Of a stretch of DNA of 64,000 nt, positions 39,561 to 53,512 are shown piece by piece. The position numbers were made by a program, and so were the translations under genes. Below the pieces are notes generated by a model. That model was not told the origin of the DNA, did no database searches, and saw only the letters and a list, made by a program, of their open reading frames with translations. The DNA is from Eledone cirrhosa (taxonomy: Eukaryota): assembly GCA_964016885.1 (NCBI GenBank), contig OZ024743.1:277016001-277080000 (forward strand), in the 5' to 3' direction. Every line of letters begins with the position of its first letter. The stretch's first letter is position 1.

Positions 39561-42500
39561 AATTAAGATTACTGGTGTCTGATACTGCGGAAAATTAAGA
39601 TTACTGGTGTCTGATACTGGGGAAAATTAAGATTACTGGTGTCTGATACTGGATAAAATTAAGATTACTGGTGTCTGATACTGGGGAAAATTAAGATTAC
39701 TGGTGTCTGATACTGGATAAAATTAAGATTACTGGTGTCTGATACTGGATAAAAATAAGATTACTGGTGTCTGATACTGGATAAAATTATGATTACTGGT
39801 ATGTGATACTGGGGAAAATTAAGATTACTGGTGTCTGATACTGGGGAAAATTAAGATTACTGGTGTCTGATACTGGGGAAAATTAAGATTACTGGTGTAT
39901 GATACTGGATAAAATTAAGATTATTGGTGTGTGATACTAGGGAAAATTAAGATTACTGGTGTCTGATACTGGGGAAAATTAAGATTACTGGTGTCTGATA
40001 CTGGATAAAATTAAGATTACTGGTGTCTGATACTGGATAAAATTAATATTACTGGTGTCTGATACTGGATAAAATTAAGATTATTGGTGTGTGATACTAG
40101 GGAAAATTAAGATTACTAGTGTATGATACTGGGGAAAATTAAGATTACTGGTGTGTGATACTGGATAAAATTAACATTACTGGTGTCTGATACTGGATAA
40201 AACTTACATTACTGGTGTCTGATACTGGGGAAAATTACCATTACTGGTGTCTGATAGTGGATAAACAAACATTACTGGTGTCTGATACTGCATAAAATTA
40301 AGATTACTGGTGTCTAATACTGGATAAAATTAACATTACTGGTGTCTGATACTGGATAAAATTATGATTACTGGTGTGTGATACTGGGGAAAATTAAGAT
40401 TACTGGTGTCTGATACTGGTTAAAATTTAGATTACTGGTGTCTGATACTGCGGAAAATTATGATTACTGGTGTCTGATACTGGGGAAAATTAAGATTACT
40501 GGTGTCTGATACTGGGGAAAATTAAGATTACTGGTGTCTGATTCTGGATAAAATTAAGATTACTGGTGTCTAATACTGGGGAAAACTAAGATTAATGGTG
40601 TCTGATACTGGATAAAATTAACATTACTGGTGTCTGATACTGGATAAAATTATGATTACTGGTGTCTGATACTGGATAAAATTAAGTTTACTGGTGTCTG
40701 ATACTGGATAAAATTAAGATTACTGGTGTCTGATACTGGATAAAATTAAGATAACTGGTGTCTGAAACTGGGGAAAATTATGATTACTGGTGTCTGATAC
40801 TGGGGAAAATTAAGATTACTGGTGTCTGATACTGGATAAAATTAAGATTACTGGTGTCTGATACTGCGGAAAATTAAGATTACTGGTGTCTGATACTGGG
40901 GAAAATTAAGATTACTGGTGTCTGATGCTGGGGAAATCAAAGATTACTGGTGTCTGATACTGGATAAAATTATGATTACCGGTGTCTGATACTGTGGAAA
41001 ATTAAGATTACTGGTGTCTGATACTGGGGAAAATTAAGATTACTGGTGTCTGATGCTGGGGAAATCAAAGATTACTGGTGTCTGATACTGGATAAAATTA
41101 TGATTACTGGTGTCTGATACTGTGAAAAATTAAGATTACTGGCGTCTGATACTGTGGAAAATTAAGATTACTGGTGTCTGATACTGGGGAAAATTAAGAT
41201 TACTGGTGTCTGATACTGGATAAAATTAAAATTACTGGTGTCTGATACTGGGGAAAATTAAGATTACTGGTGTCTGATACTGGGGAAAATTAAGATTACT
41301 GGTGTCTGATACTGGATAAAATTAAGATTACTGGTGTCTGATACTGGGGAAAATTAAGATTACTGGTGTCTGATACTGGATAAAATTAAAATTACTGGTG
41401 TCTGATACTGGATAAAATTAAGATTACTGGTGTCTGATACTGGGGAAAATTAAGATTACTGGTGTCTGATACTGGATAAAATTATGATTACTGGTGTGTG
41501 ATAATGGGGAAAATTAAGATTACTGGTGTCTGATACTGGATAAAATTATGATTACTGGTGTGTGATACTGGGGAAAATTAAGATTAGTGGTGTCTGATAC
41601 TGGATAAAATTAAGATTACTGGTGTCTGATACTGGATAAAATTAAGATTACTGGTGTCTGATACTGGATAAAATTATGATTACTGGTGTGTGATAATGGG
41701 GAAAATTAAGATTACTGGTGTCTGATACTGGATAAAATTAAGATTACTGGTGTCTGATACTGGACAAAATTAAGATTACTGCTGTCTGAAACTGGGGAAA
41801 ATTAAGATTACTGGTGTCTGATACTGGTTAAAATTTAGATTACTGGTGTCTGATACTGCGGAAAATTAAGATTACTGGTGTCTGATACTGGGGAAAATTA
41901 AGATTACTGGTGTCTGATACTGGGGAAAATTAAGATTACTGGTGTATGATACTGGATAAAATTAAGATTACTGGTGTCTGATACTGGGGAAAATTAAGAT
42001 TACTGGTGTCTGATACTGGATAAAATTAAGATTACTGGTGTCTGATACTGGATAAAATTAAGATTACTGGTGTCTGATACTGGATAAAAATAAGATTACT
42101 GGTGTCTGATACTGGATAAAATTATGATTACTGGTATGTGATACTGGGGAAAATTAAGATTACTGGTGTCTGATACTGGGGAAAATTAAGATTACTGGTG
42201 TCTGATACTGGGGAAAATTAAGATTACTGCTGTATGATACTGGATAAAATTAAGATTATTGGTGTGTGATACTAGGGAAAATTAAGATTACTGGTGTCTG
42301 ATACTGGGGAAAATTAAGATTACTGGTGTCTGATACTGGATAAAATTAAGATTACTGGTGTCTGATACTGGATAAAATTAATATTACTGGTGTCTGATAC
42401 TGGATAAAATTAAGATTACTGGTGTCTGATACTGCGGAAAATTAAGATTACTGGTGTCTGATACTGGGGAAAATTAAGATTACTGGTGTCTGATGCTGGG

Positions 42501-45500
42501 GAAATCAAAGATTACTGGTGTCTGATACTGGATAAAATTATGATTACCGGTGTCTGATACTGTGGAAAATTAAGATTACTGGTGTCTGATACTGGGGAAA
42601 ATTAAGATTACTGGTGTCTGATGCTGGGGAAATCAAAGATTACTGGTGTCTGATACTGGATAAAATTATGATTACTGGTGTCTGATACTGTGGAAAATTA
42701 AGATTACTGGCGTCTGATACTGTGGAAAATTAAGATTACTGGTGTCTGATACTGGGGAAAATTAAGATTACTGGTGTCTGATACTGGATAAAATTAAGAT
42801 TACTGGTGTATGATACTGGATAAAATTAAGATTACTGGTGTCTGATACTGGGGAAAATTAAGATTACTGGTGTCTGATACTGGATAAAATTAAGATTACT
42901 GGTGTCTGATACTGGATAAAATTAAGATTACTGGTGTCTGATACTGGATAAAAATAAGATTACTGGTGTCTGATACTGGATAAAATTATGATTACTGGTA
43001 TGTGATACTGGGGAAAATTAAGATTACTGGTGTCTGATACTGGGGAAAATTAAGATTACTGGTGTCTGATACTGGGGAAAATTAAGATTACTGGTGTCTG
43101 ATACTGGATAAAATTAAGATTACTGGTGTCTGATACTGGATAAAATTAATATTACTGGTGTCTGATACTGGATAAAATTAAGATTATTGGTGTGTGATAC
43201 TAGGGAAAATTAAGATTACTAGTGTATGATACTGGGGAAAATTAAGATTACTGGTGTGTGATACTGGATAAAATTAACATTACTGGTGTCTGATACTGGA
43301 TAAAACTAACATTACTGGTGTCTGATACTGGATAAAACAAACATTACTGGTGTCTGATACTGCATAAAATTAAGATTACTGGTGTCTAATACTGGATAAA
43401 ATTAACATCACTGGTGTCTGATACTGGATAAAATTATGATTACTGGTGTGTGATACTGGGGAAAATTAAGATTACTGGTGTCTGATACTGGTTAAAATTT
43501 AGATTACTGGTGTCTGATACTGCGGAAAATTATGATTACTGGTGTCTGATACTGGGGAAAATTAAGATTACTGGTGTCTGATACTGGGGAAAATTAAGAT
43601 TACTGGTGTCTGATTCTGGATAAAATTAAGATTACTGGTGTCTAATACTGGGGAAAACTAAGATTAATGGTGTCTGATACTGGATAAAATTAAGATTACT
43701 GGTGTCTGATACTGGATAAAATTAAGATAACTGGTGTCTGATACTGGGGAAAATTATGATTACTGGTGTCTGATACTGGGGAAAATTAAGATTACTGCTG
43801 TCTGAAACTGGGGAAAATTAAGATTACTGGTGTCTGATACTGGATAAAATTAAGATTACTGGTGTCTGATACTGGATAAAATTAATATTACTGGTGTCTG
43901 ATACTGGATAAAATTAAGATTATTGGTGTGTGATACTAGGGAAAATTAAGATTACTGGTGTCTGATACTGGATAAAATTAACATTACTGGTGTCTGATAC
44001 TGGGGAAAATTACCATTACTGGTGTCTGATACTGGATAAAACAAACATTACTGGTGTCTGATACTGCATAAAATTAAGATTACTGGTGTCTGATACTGGA
44101 TAAAATTAAGATTACTGGTGTGTGATACTAGGGAAAATTAAGATTACTGGTGTCTGATACTGGGGAAAATTAAGATTACTGGTGTCTGATACTGGATAAA
44201 ATTAACATTACTGGTGTCTGATACTGGTTAAAATTAAGATTACTGGTGTCTGATACTGGATAAAACAAACATTACTGGTGTCTGATACTGCATAAAATTA
44301 AGATTACTGGTGTCTGATACTGGATAAAATTAAGATTACTGGTGTCTGATACTGGATAAAATTAAGATTACGGTGTCTGATACTGGATAAAATTAACATT
44401 ACTGGTGTCTGATACTGGATAAAATTAACATTACTGGTGTCTGATACTGGGGAAAATTAAGATTACTGGTGTCTAATACTGGATAAAATTAACATTACTG
44501 GTGTCTGATACTGGGGAAAATTAAGATTACTGGTGTCTGATACTGGTTAAAATTAAGATTACTGGTGTCTAATACTGGGGAAAACTAAGATCACTGGTGT
44601 CTGATACTGGATAAAATTAAGATTACTGGTGTCTGATACTGGATAAAATTAAGATAACTGGTGTCTGAAACTGGGGAAAATTATGATTACTGGTGTCTGA
44701 TACTGGGGAAAATTAAGATTACTGGTGTCTGATACTGGTTAAAATTAAGATTACTGGTGTCTAATACTGGGGAAAACTAAGATTACTGGTGTCTGATACT
44801 GGATAAAATTAAGATTACTGGTGTCTGATACTGTGGAAAATTAAGATTACTGGTGTCTGATACTGCGGAAAATTAAGATTACTGGTGTCTGATACTGCGG
44901 AAAATTAAGATTACTGGTGTCTGATACTGGGGAAAATTAAGATTACTGGTGTCTGATGCTGGGGAAATCAAAGATTACTGGTGTCTGATACTGGATAAAA
45001 TTATGATTACTGGTGTCTGATACTGTGAAAAATTAAGATTACTGGCGTCTGATACTGTGGAAAATTAAGATTACTGGTGTCTGATACTGGGGAAAATTAA
45101 GATTACTGGTGTCTGATACTGGATAAAATTAAGATTACTGGTGTCTGATACTGGATAAAATTAAGATTACTGGTGTGTGATACTGGGGAAAATTAAGATT
45201 AGTGGTGTCTGATACTGGATAAAATTAAGATTACTGGTGTCTGATACTGGATAAAATTAAGATTACTGGTGTCTGATACTGGATAAAATTATGATTACTG
45301 GTGTCTGATACTGGACAAAATTAAGATTACTGCTGTCTGAAACTGGGGAAAATTAAGATTACTGGTGTCTGATACTGGTTAAAATTTAGATTACTGGTGT
45401 CTGATACTGCGGAAAATTAAGATTACTGGTGTCTGATACTGGGGAAAATTAAGATTACTGGTGTCTGATACTGGGGAAAATTAAGATTACTGGTGTATGA

Positions 45501-48500
45501 TACTGGATAAAATTAAGATTACTGGTGTCTGATACTGGGGAAAATTAAGATTACTGGTGTCTGATACTGGATAAAATTAAGATTACTGGTGTCTGATACT
45601 GGATAAAATTAAGATTACTGGTGTCTGATACTGGATAAAAATAAGATTACTGGTGTCTGATACTGGATAAAATTATGATTACTGGTATGTGATACTGGGG
45701 AAAATTAAGATTACTGGTGTCTGATACTGGGGAAAATTAAGATTACTGGTGTCTGATACTGGGGAAAATTAAGATTACTGGTGTCTGATACTGGGGAAAA
45801 TTAACATTACTGGTGTCTGATACTGGGGAAAATTAAGATTACTGGTGTCTGATACTGGGGAAAATTAAGATTACTGCTGTATGATACTGGATAAAATTAA
45901 GATTACTGGTGTCTGATACTGGATAAAATTAATATTACTGGTGTCTGATACTGGATAAAATTAAGATTATTGGTGTGTGATACTGGATAAAATTAACATT
46001 ACTGGTGTCTGATACTGGATAAAACTAACAATACTGGTGTCTGATACTGGATAAAACTAACATTACTGGTGTCTGATACTGGGGAAAATTACCATTACTG
46101 GTGTCTGATAGTGGATAAACAAACATTACTGGTGTCTGATACTGGATAAAATTAACATTACTGGTGTCTGATACTGGATAAAATTATGATTACTGGTGTC
46201 TGATACTGGATAAAATTAACATTACTGGTGTCTGATACTGGATAAAATTATGATTACTGGTGTGTGATACTGGGGAAAATTAAGATTACTGGTGTCTGAT
46301 ACTGGTTAAAATTTAGATTACTGGTGTCTGATACTGCGGAAAATTAAGATTACTGGTGTCTGATACTGGGGAAAATTAAGATTACTGGTGTCTAATACTG
46401 GGGAAAACTAAGATCACTGGTGTCTGATACTGGATAAAATTAAGATAACTGGTGTCTGATACTGGGGAAAATTATGATTACTGGTGTCTGATACTGGGGA
46501 AAATTAAGATTACTGGTGTCTGATACTGGATAAAATTAAGATTACTGGTGTCTGATACTGCGGAAAATTAAGATTACTGGTGTCTGATACTGGGGAAAAT
46601 TAAGATTACTGGTGTCTGATGCTGGGGAAATCAAAGATTACTGGTGTCTGATACTGGATAAAATTATGATTACCGATGTCTGATACTGTGGAAAATTAAG
46701 ATTACTGGTGTCTGATACTGTGGAAAATTAAGATTACTGGTGTCTGATACTGGGGAAAATTAAGATTACTGGTGTCTGATACTGGATAAAATTAAGATTA
46801 CTGGTGTCTGATACTGGATAAAATTAAGGTTACTGGTGTCTGATACTGGGGAAATCAAAGATTACTGGTGTCTGATACTGGATAAAATTATGATTACCGA
46901 TGTCTGATACTGTGGAAAATTAAGATTACTGGTGTCTGATACTGTGGAAAATTAAGATTACTGGTGTCTGATACTGGGGAAAATTAAGATTACTGGTGTC
47001 TGATACTGGATAAAATTAAGATTACTGGTGTCTGATACTGGATAAAATTAAGGTTACTGGTGTCTGATACTGGATAAAATTATGATTACTGGTATGTGAT
47101 ACTGGGGAAAATTAAGATTACTGGTGTCTGATACAGGATAAAATTAAGATTACTGGTGTTTGATACTGGGGAAAATTAAGATTACTGGTGTCTGATACTG
47201 GGGAAAATTCAGATTACTGGTGTCTGATACTGGGGAAAATTAAGATTACTGGTGTATGATACTGGATAAAATTAAGATTATTGGTGTGTGATACTAGGGA
47301 AAATTAAGATTACTGGTGTCTGATACTGGGGAAAATTAAGATTACTGGTGTCTGATACTGGATAAAATTAACATTACTGGTGTCTGATACTGGATAAAAC
47401 TAACATTACTGGTGTCTGATACTGGATAAAACTAACATTACTGGTGTCTGATACTGGGGAAAATTACCATTACTGGTGTCTGATAGTGGATAAACAAACA
47501 TTACTGGTGTCTGATACTGCATAAAATTAAGATTACTGGTGTCTGATACTGGATAAAATTATGATTACTGGTGTGTGATACTGGGGTAAATTAAGATTAC
47601 TGGTGTCTGATACTGGTTAAAATTTAGATTACTGGTGTCTGATACTGCGGAAAATTAAGATTACTGGTGTCTGATACTGGGGAAAATTAAGATTACTGGT
47701 GTCTGATACTGGGGAAAATTAAGATTACTGGTGTCTGATTCTGGATAAAATTAAGATTACTGGTGTCTGATACTGGATAAAATTAATATTACTGGTGTCT
47801 GATACTGGATAAAATTAAGATTATTGGTGTGTGATACTAGGGAAAATTAAGATTACTGGTGTCTGATACTGGGGAAAATTAAGATTACTGGTGTCTGATA
47901 CTGGATAAAATTATCATTACTGGTGTCTGATACTGGGGAAAATTACCATTACTGGTGTCTGATACTGGATAAAACAAACATTACTGGTGTCTGATACTGC
48001 ATAAAATTAAGATTACTGGTGTCTGATACTGGATAAAATTAAGATTACTGGTGTGTGATACTGGGGAAAATTAAGATTACTGGTGTCTGATACTGGATAA
48101 AATTAAGATTACTGGTGTCTGATACTGGATAAAATTAACATTACTGGTGTCTGATACTGGATAAAATTATGATTACTGGTGCGTGATACTGGGGAAAATT
48201 AAGATTACTGGTGTCTGATACTGGTTAAAATTAAGATTACTGGTGTCTAATACTGGGGAAAACTAAGATCACTGGTGTCTGATACTGGATAAAATTAAGT
48301 TTACTGGTGTCTGATTCTGGATAAAATTAAGATTACTGGTGTCTAATACTGGGGAAAACTAAGATTAATGGTGTCTGATACTGGATAAAATTAAGATTAC
48401 TGGTGTCTGATACTGGATAAAATTAAGATAACTGGTGTCTGATACTGGGGAAAATTATGATTACTGGTGTCTGATACTGGGGAAAATTAAGATTACTGCT

Positions 48501-49610
48501 GTCTGAAACTGGGGAAAATTAAGATTACTGGTGTCTGATACTGGATAAAATTAAGATTACTGGTGTCTGATACTGGATAAAATTAATATTACTGGTGTCT
48601 GATACTGGATAAAATTAAGATTATTGGTGTCTGATACTGGGGAAAATTAAGATTACTGGTGTCTGATACTGGATAAAATTAAGATTACTGGTGTCTGATA
48701 CTGGATAAAATTAATATTACTGGTGTCTGATACTGGATAAAATTAAGATTATTGGTGTCTGATACTGGATAAAATTAAGATTACTGGTGTCTGATACTGG
48801 ATAAAATTAATATTACTGGTGTCTGATACTGGATAAAATTAAGATTATTGGTGTCTGATACTAGGGAAAATTAAGATTACTGGTGTCTGATACTGGGGAA
48901 AATTAAGATTACTGGTGTCTGATACTGGATAAAATTAACATTACTGGTGTCTGATACTGGGGAAAATTACCATTACTGGTGTCTGATACTGGATAAAACA
49001 AACATTACTGGTGTCTGATACTGCATAAAATTAAGATTACTGGTGTCTGATACTGGATAAAATTAAGATTACTGGTGTCTGATACTGGATAAAATTAACA
49101 TTACTGGTGTCTGATACTGGTTAAAATTAAGATTACTGGTGCGTGATACTGGGGAAAATTAAGATTACTGGTGTCTGATACTGGGGAAAACTAAGATCAC
49201 TGGTGTCTGATACTGGATAAAATTAAGATTACTGGTGTCTGATACTGGTTAAAATTAAGATTACTGGTGTCTGATACTGGATAAAATTAAGATAACTGGT
49301 GTCTGAAACTGGGGAAAATTATGATTACTGGTGTCTGATACTGGGGAAAATTAAGATTACTGGTGTCTGATACTGGATAAAATTAAGATTACTGGTGTCT
49401 GATACTGGATAAAATTAAGATTACTGGTGTCTGATACTGGATAAAATTAAGATTACTGGTGTGTGATACTGGGGAAAATTAAGATTACTGGTGTCTGATA
49501 CTGGATAAAATTAAGATTACTGGTGTCTGATACTGGATAAAATTAACATTACTGGTGTCTGATACTGGATAAAATTATGATTACTGGTGCGTGATACTGG
49601 GGAAAATTAA

Positions 49611-49930
49611 GATTACTGGTGTCTGATACTGGGGAAAACTAAGATTAATGGTGTCTGATACTGGATAAAATTAAGATTACTGGTGTCTGATACTGGGGAA
49701 AACTAAGATTAATGGTGTCTGATACTGGATAAAATTAAGATTACTGGTGTCTAATACTGGGGAAAACTAAGATTAATGGTGTCTGATACTGGATAAAATT
49801 AAGATTACTGGTGTCTGATACTGGGGAAAACTAAGATTAATGGTGTCTGATACTGGATAAAATTAAGATTACTGGTGTCTGATACTGGGGAAAACTAAGA
49901 TTAATGGTGTCTGATACTGGTTAAAATTAA
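49611..49930 (+). repeat. Local dimer (64-bp) higher-order repeat, 5 copies
   Basis: GGGGAAAACTAA is followed by GATTAATGG monomers at 49643, 49707, 49771, 49835 and 49899. Confidence 0.88.
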
Positions 49931-52900
49931 GATTACTGGTGTCTGATACTGGGGAAAACTAAGATTACTGGTGTCTGATACTGGATAAAATTAAGATTAC
50001 TGGTGTCTGATACTGGATAAAATTAAGATTATTGGTGTGTGATACTAGGGAAAATTAAGATTACTGGTGTCTGATACTGGGGAAAATTAAGATTACTGGT
50101 GTCTGATACTGGATAAAATTAAGATTACTGGTGTCTGATACTGGATAAAATTAATATTACTGGTGTCTGATACTGGATAAAATTAAGATTATTGGTGTGT
50201 GATACTAGGGAAAATTAAGATTACTGGTGTCTGATACTGGGGAAAATTAAGATTACTGGTGTCTGATACTGGATAAAATTAACATTACTGGTGTCTGATA
50301 CTGGGGAAAATTACCATTACTGGTGTCTGATACTGGATAAAACAAACATTACTGGTGTCTGATACTGCATAAAATTAAGATTACTGGTGTCTGATACTGG
50401 ATAAAATTAAGATTACTGGTGTCTGATACTGGATAAAATTATGATTACTGGTGTGTGATACTGGGGAAAATTAAGATTAGTGGTGTCTGATACTGGATAA
50501 AATTAAGATTACTGGTGTGTGATACTGGGGAAAATTAAGATTACTGGTGTCTGATACTGGATAAAATTATGATTACTGGTGTGTGATACTGGGGAAAATT
50601 AAGATTACTGGTGTCTGATACTGGATAAAATTAAGATTACTGGTGTGTGATACTGGGGAAAATTAAGATTAGTGGTGTCTGATACTGGATAAAATTAAGA
50701 TTACTGGTGTCTGATACTGGATAAAATTAAGATTACTGGTGTCTGATACTGGATAAAATTATGATTACTGGTGTGTGATAATGGGGAAAATTAAGATTAC
50801 TGGTGTCTGATACTGGATAAAATTAAGATTACTGGTGTCTGATACTGGACAAAATTAAGATTACTGCTGTCTGAAACTGGGGAAAATTAAGATTACTGGT
50901 GTCTGATACTGGTTAAAATTTAGATTACTGGTGTCTGATACTGCGGAAAATTAAGATTACTGGTGTCTGATACTGGGGAAAATTAAGATTACTGGTGTCT
51001 GATACTGGGGAAAATTAAGATTACTGGTGTATGATACTGGATAAAATTAAGATTACTGGTGTCTGATACTGGGGAAAATTAAGATTACTGGTGTCTGATA
51101 CTGGATAAAATTAAGATTACTGGTGTCTGATACTGGATAAAATTAAGATTACTGGTGTCTGATACTGGATAAAAATAAGATTACTGGTGTCTGATACTGG
51201 ATAAAATTATGATTACTGGTATGTGATACTGGGGAAAATTAAGATTACTGCTGTCTGATACTGGGGAAAATTAAGATTACTGGTGTCTGATACTGGGGAA
51301 AATTAAGATTACTGGTGTCTGATACTGGGGAAAATTAAGATTACTGATGTATGATACTGGATAAAATTAAGATTATTGGTGTGTGATACTAGGGAAAATT
51401 AAGATTACTGGTGTCTGATACTGGGGAAAATTAAGATTACTGGTGTCTGATACTGGATAAAATTAAGATTACTGGTGTCTGATACTGGATAAAATTAATA
51501 TTACTGGTGTCTGATACTGGATAAAATTAAGATTATTGGTGTGTGATACTAGGGAAAATTAAGATTACTAGTGTATGATACTGGGGAAAATTAAGATTAC
51601 TGGTGTCTGATACTGGTGAAAATTAACATTACTGGTCTCTGATGTGGGGAAGATTAAGATTACTGGTGTCTGATACTGGATAAAATTAAGATTACTGGTG
51701 TCTGATACTGGATAAAACTAACAATACTGGTGTCTGATACTGGATAAAACTAACATTACTGGTGTCTGATACTGGGGAAAATTACCATTACTGGTGTCTG
51801 ATAGTGGATAAACAAACATTACTGGTGTCTGATACTGCATAAAATTAAGATTACTGGTGTCTGATACTGGATAAAATTAACATTACTGGTGTCTGATACT
51901 GGATAAAATTATGATTACTGGTGTGTGATACTGGGGAAAATTAAGATTACTGGTGTCTGATACTGGTTAAAATTTAGATTACTGGTGTCTAATACTGGGG
52001 AAAACTAAGATCACTGGTGTCTGATACTGGATAAAATTAAGATAACTGGTGTCTGATACTGGGGAAAATTATGATTACTGGTGTCTGATACTGGGGAAAA
52101 TTAAGATTACTGGCGTCTGATACTGGATAAAATTAAGATTACTGGTGTCTGATACTGCGGAAAATTAAGATTACTGGTGTCTGATACTGGGGAAAATTAA
52201 GATTACTGGTGTCTGATGCTGGGGAAATCAAAGATTACTGGTGTCTGATACTGGATAAAATTATGATTACCGGTGTCTGATACTGTGGAAAATTAAGATT
52301 ACTGGTGTCTGATACTGTGGAAAATTAAGATTACTGGTGTCTGATACTGGGGAAAATTAAGATTACTGGTGTCTGATACTGGATAAAATTAAGATTACTG
52401 GTGTCTGATACTGGATAAAATTAAGGTTACTGGTGTCTGATACTGGATAAAATTATGATTACTGGTATGTGATACTGGGGAAAATTAAGATTACTGGTGT
52501 CTGATACAGGATAAAATTAAGATTACTGGTGTTTGATACTGGGGAAAATTAAGATTACTGGTGTCTGATACTGGGGAAAATTCAGATTACTGGTGTCTGA
52601 TACTGGGGAAAATTAAGATTACTGGTGTATGATACTGGATAAAATTAAGATTATTGGTGTGTGATACTAGGGAAAATTAAGATTACTGGTGTCTGATACT
52701 GGGGAAAATTAAGATTACTGGTGTCTGATACTGGATAAAATTAAGATTACTGGTGTCTGATACTGGATAAAATTAATATTACTGGTGTCTGATACTGGAT
52801 AAAATTAAGATTATTGGTGTGTGATACTAGGGAAAATTAAGATTACTAGTGTATGATACTGGGGAAAATTAAGATTACTGGTGTGTGATACTGGATAAAA

Positions 52901-53512
52901 TTAACATTACTGGTGTCTGATACTGGATAAAACTAACATTACTGGTGTCTGATACTGGATAAAACTAACATTACTGGTGTCTGATACTGGGGAAAATTAC
53001 CATTACTGGTGTCTGATAGTGGATAAACAAACATTACTGGTGTCTGATACTGCATAAAATTAAGATTACTGGTGTCTGATACTGGATAAAATTAACATTA
53101 CTGGTGTCTGATACTGGATAAAATTATGATTACTGGTGTGTGATACTGGGGTAAATTAAGATTACTGGTGTCTGATACTGGTTAAAATTTAGATTACTGG
53201 TGTCTGATACTGCGGAAAATTAAGATTACTGGTGTCTGATACTGGGGAAAATTAAGATTACTGGTGTCTGATACTGGGGAAAATTAAGATTACTGGTGTC
53301 TGATTCTGGATAAAATTAAGATTACTGGTGTCTGATACTGGATAAAATTAATATTACTGGTGTCTGATACTGGATAAAATTAAGATTATTGGTGTGTGAT
53401 ACTAGGGAAAATTAAGATTACTGGTGTCTGATACTGGGGAAAATTAAGATTACTGGTGTCTGATACTGGATAAAATTATCATTACTGGTGTCTGATACTG
53501 GGGAAAATTACC

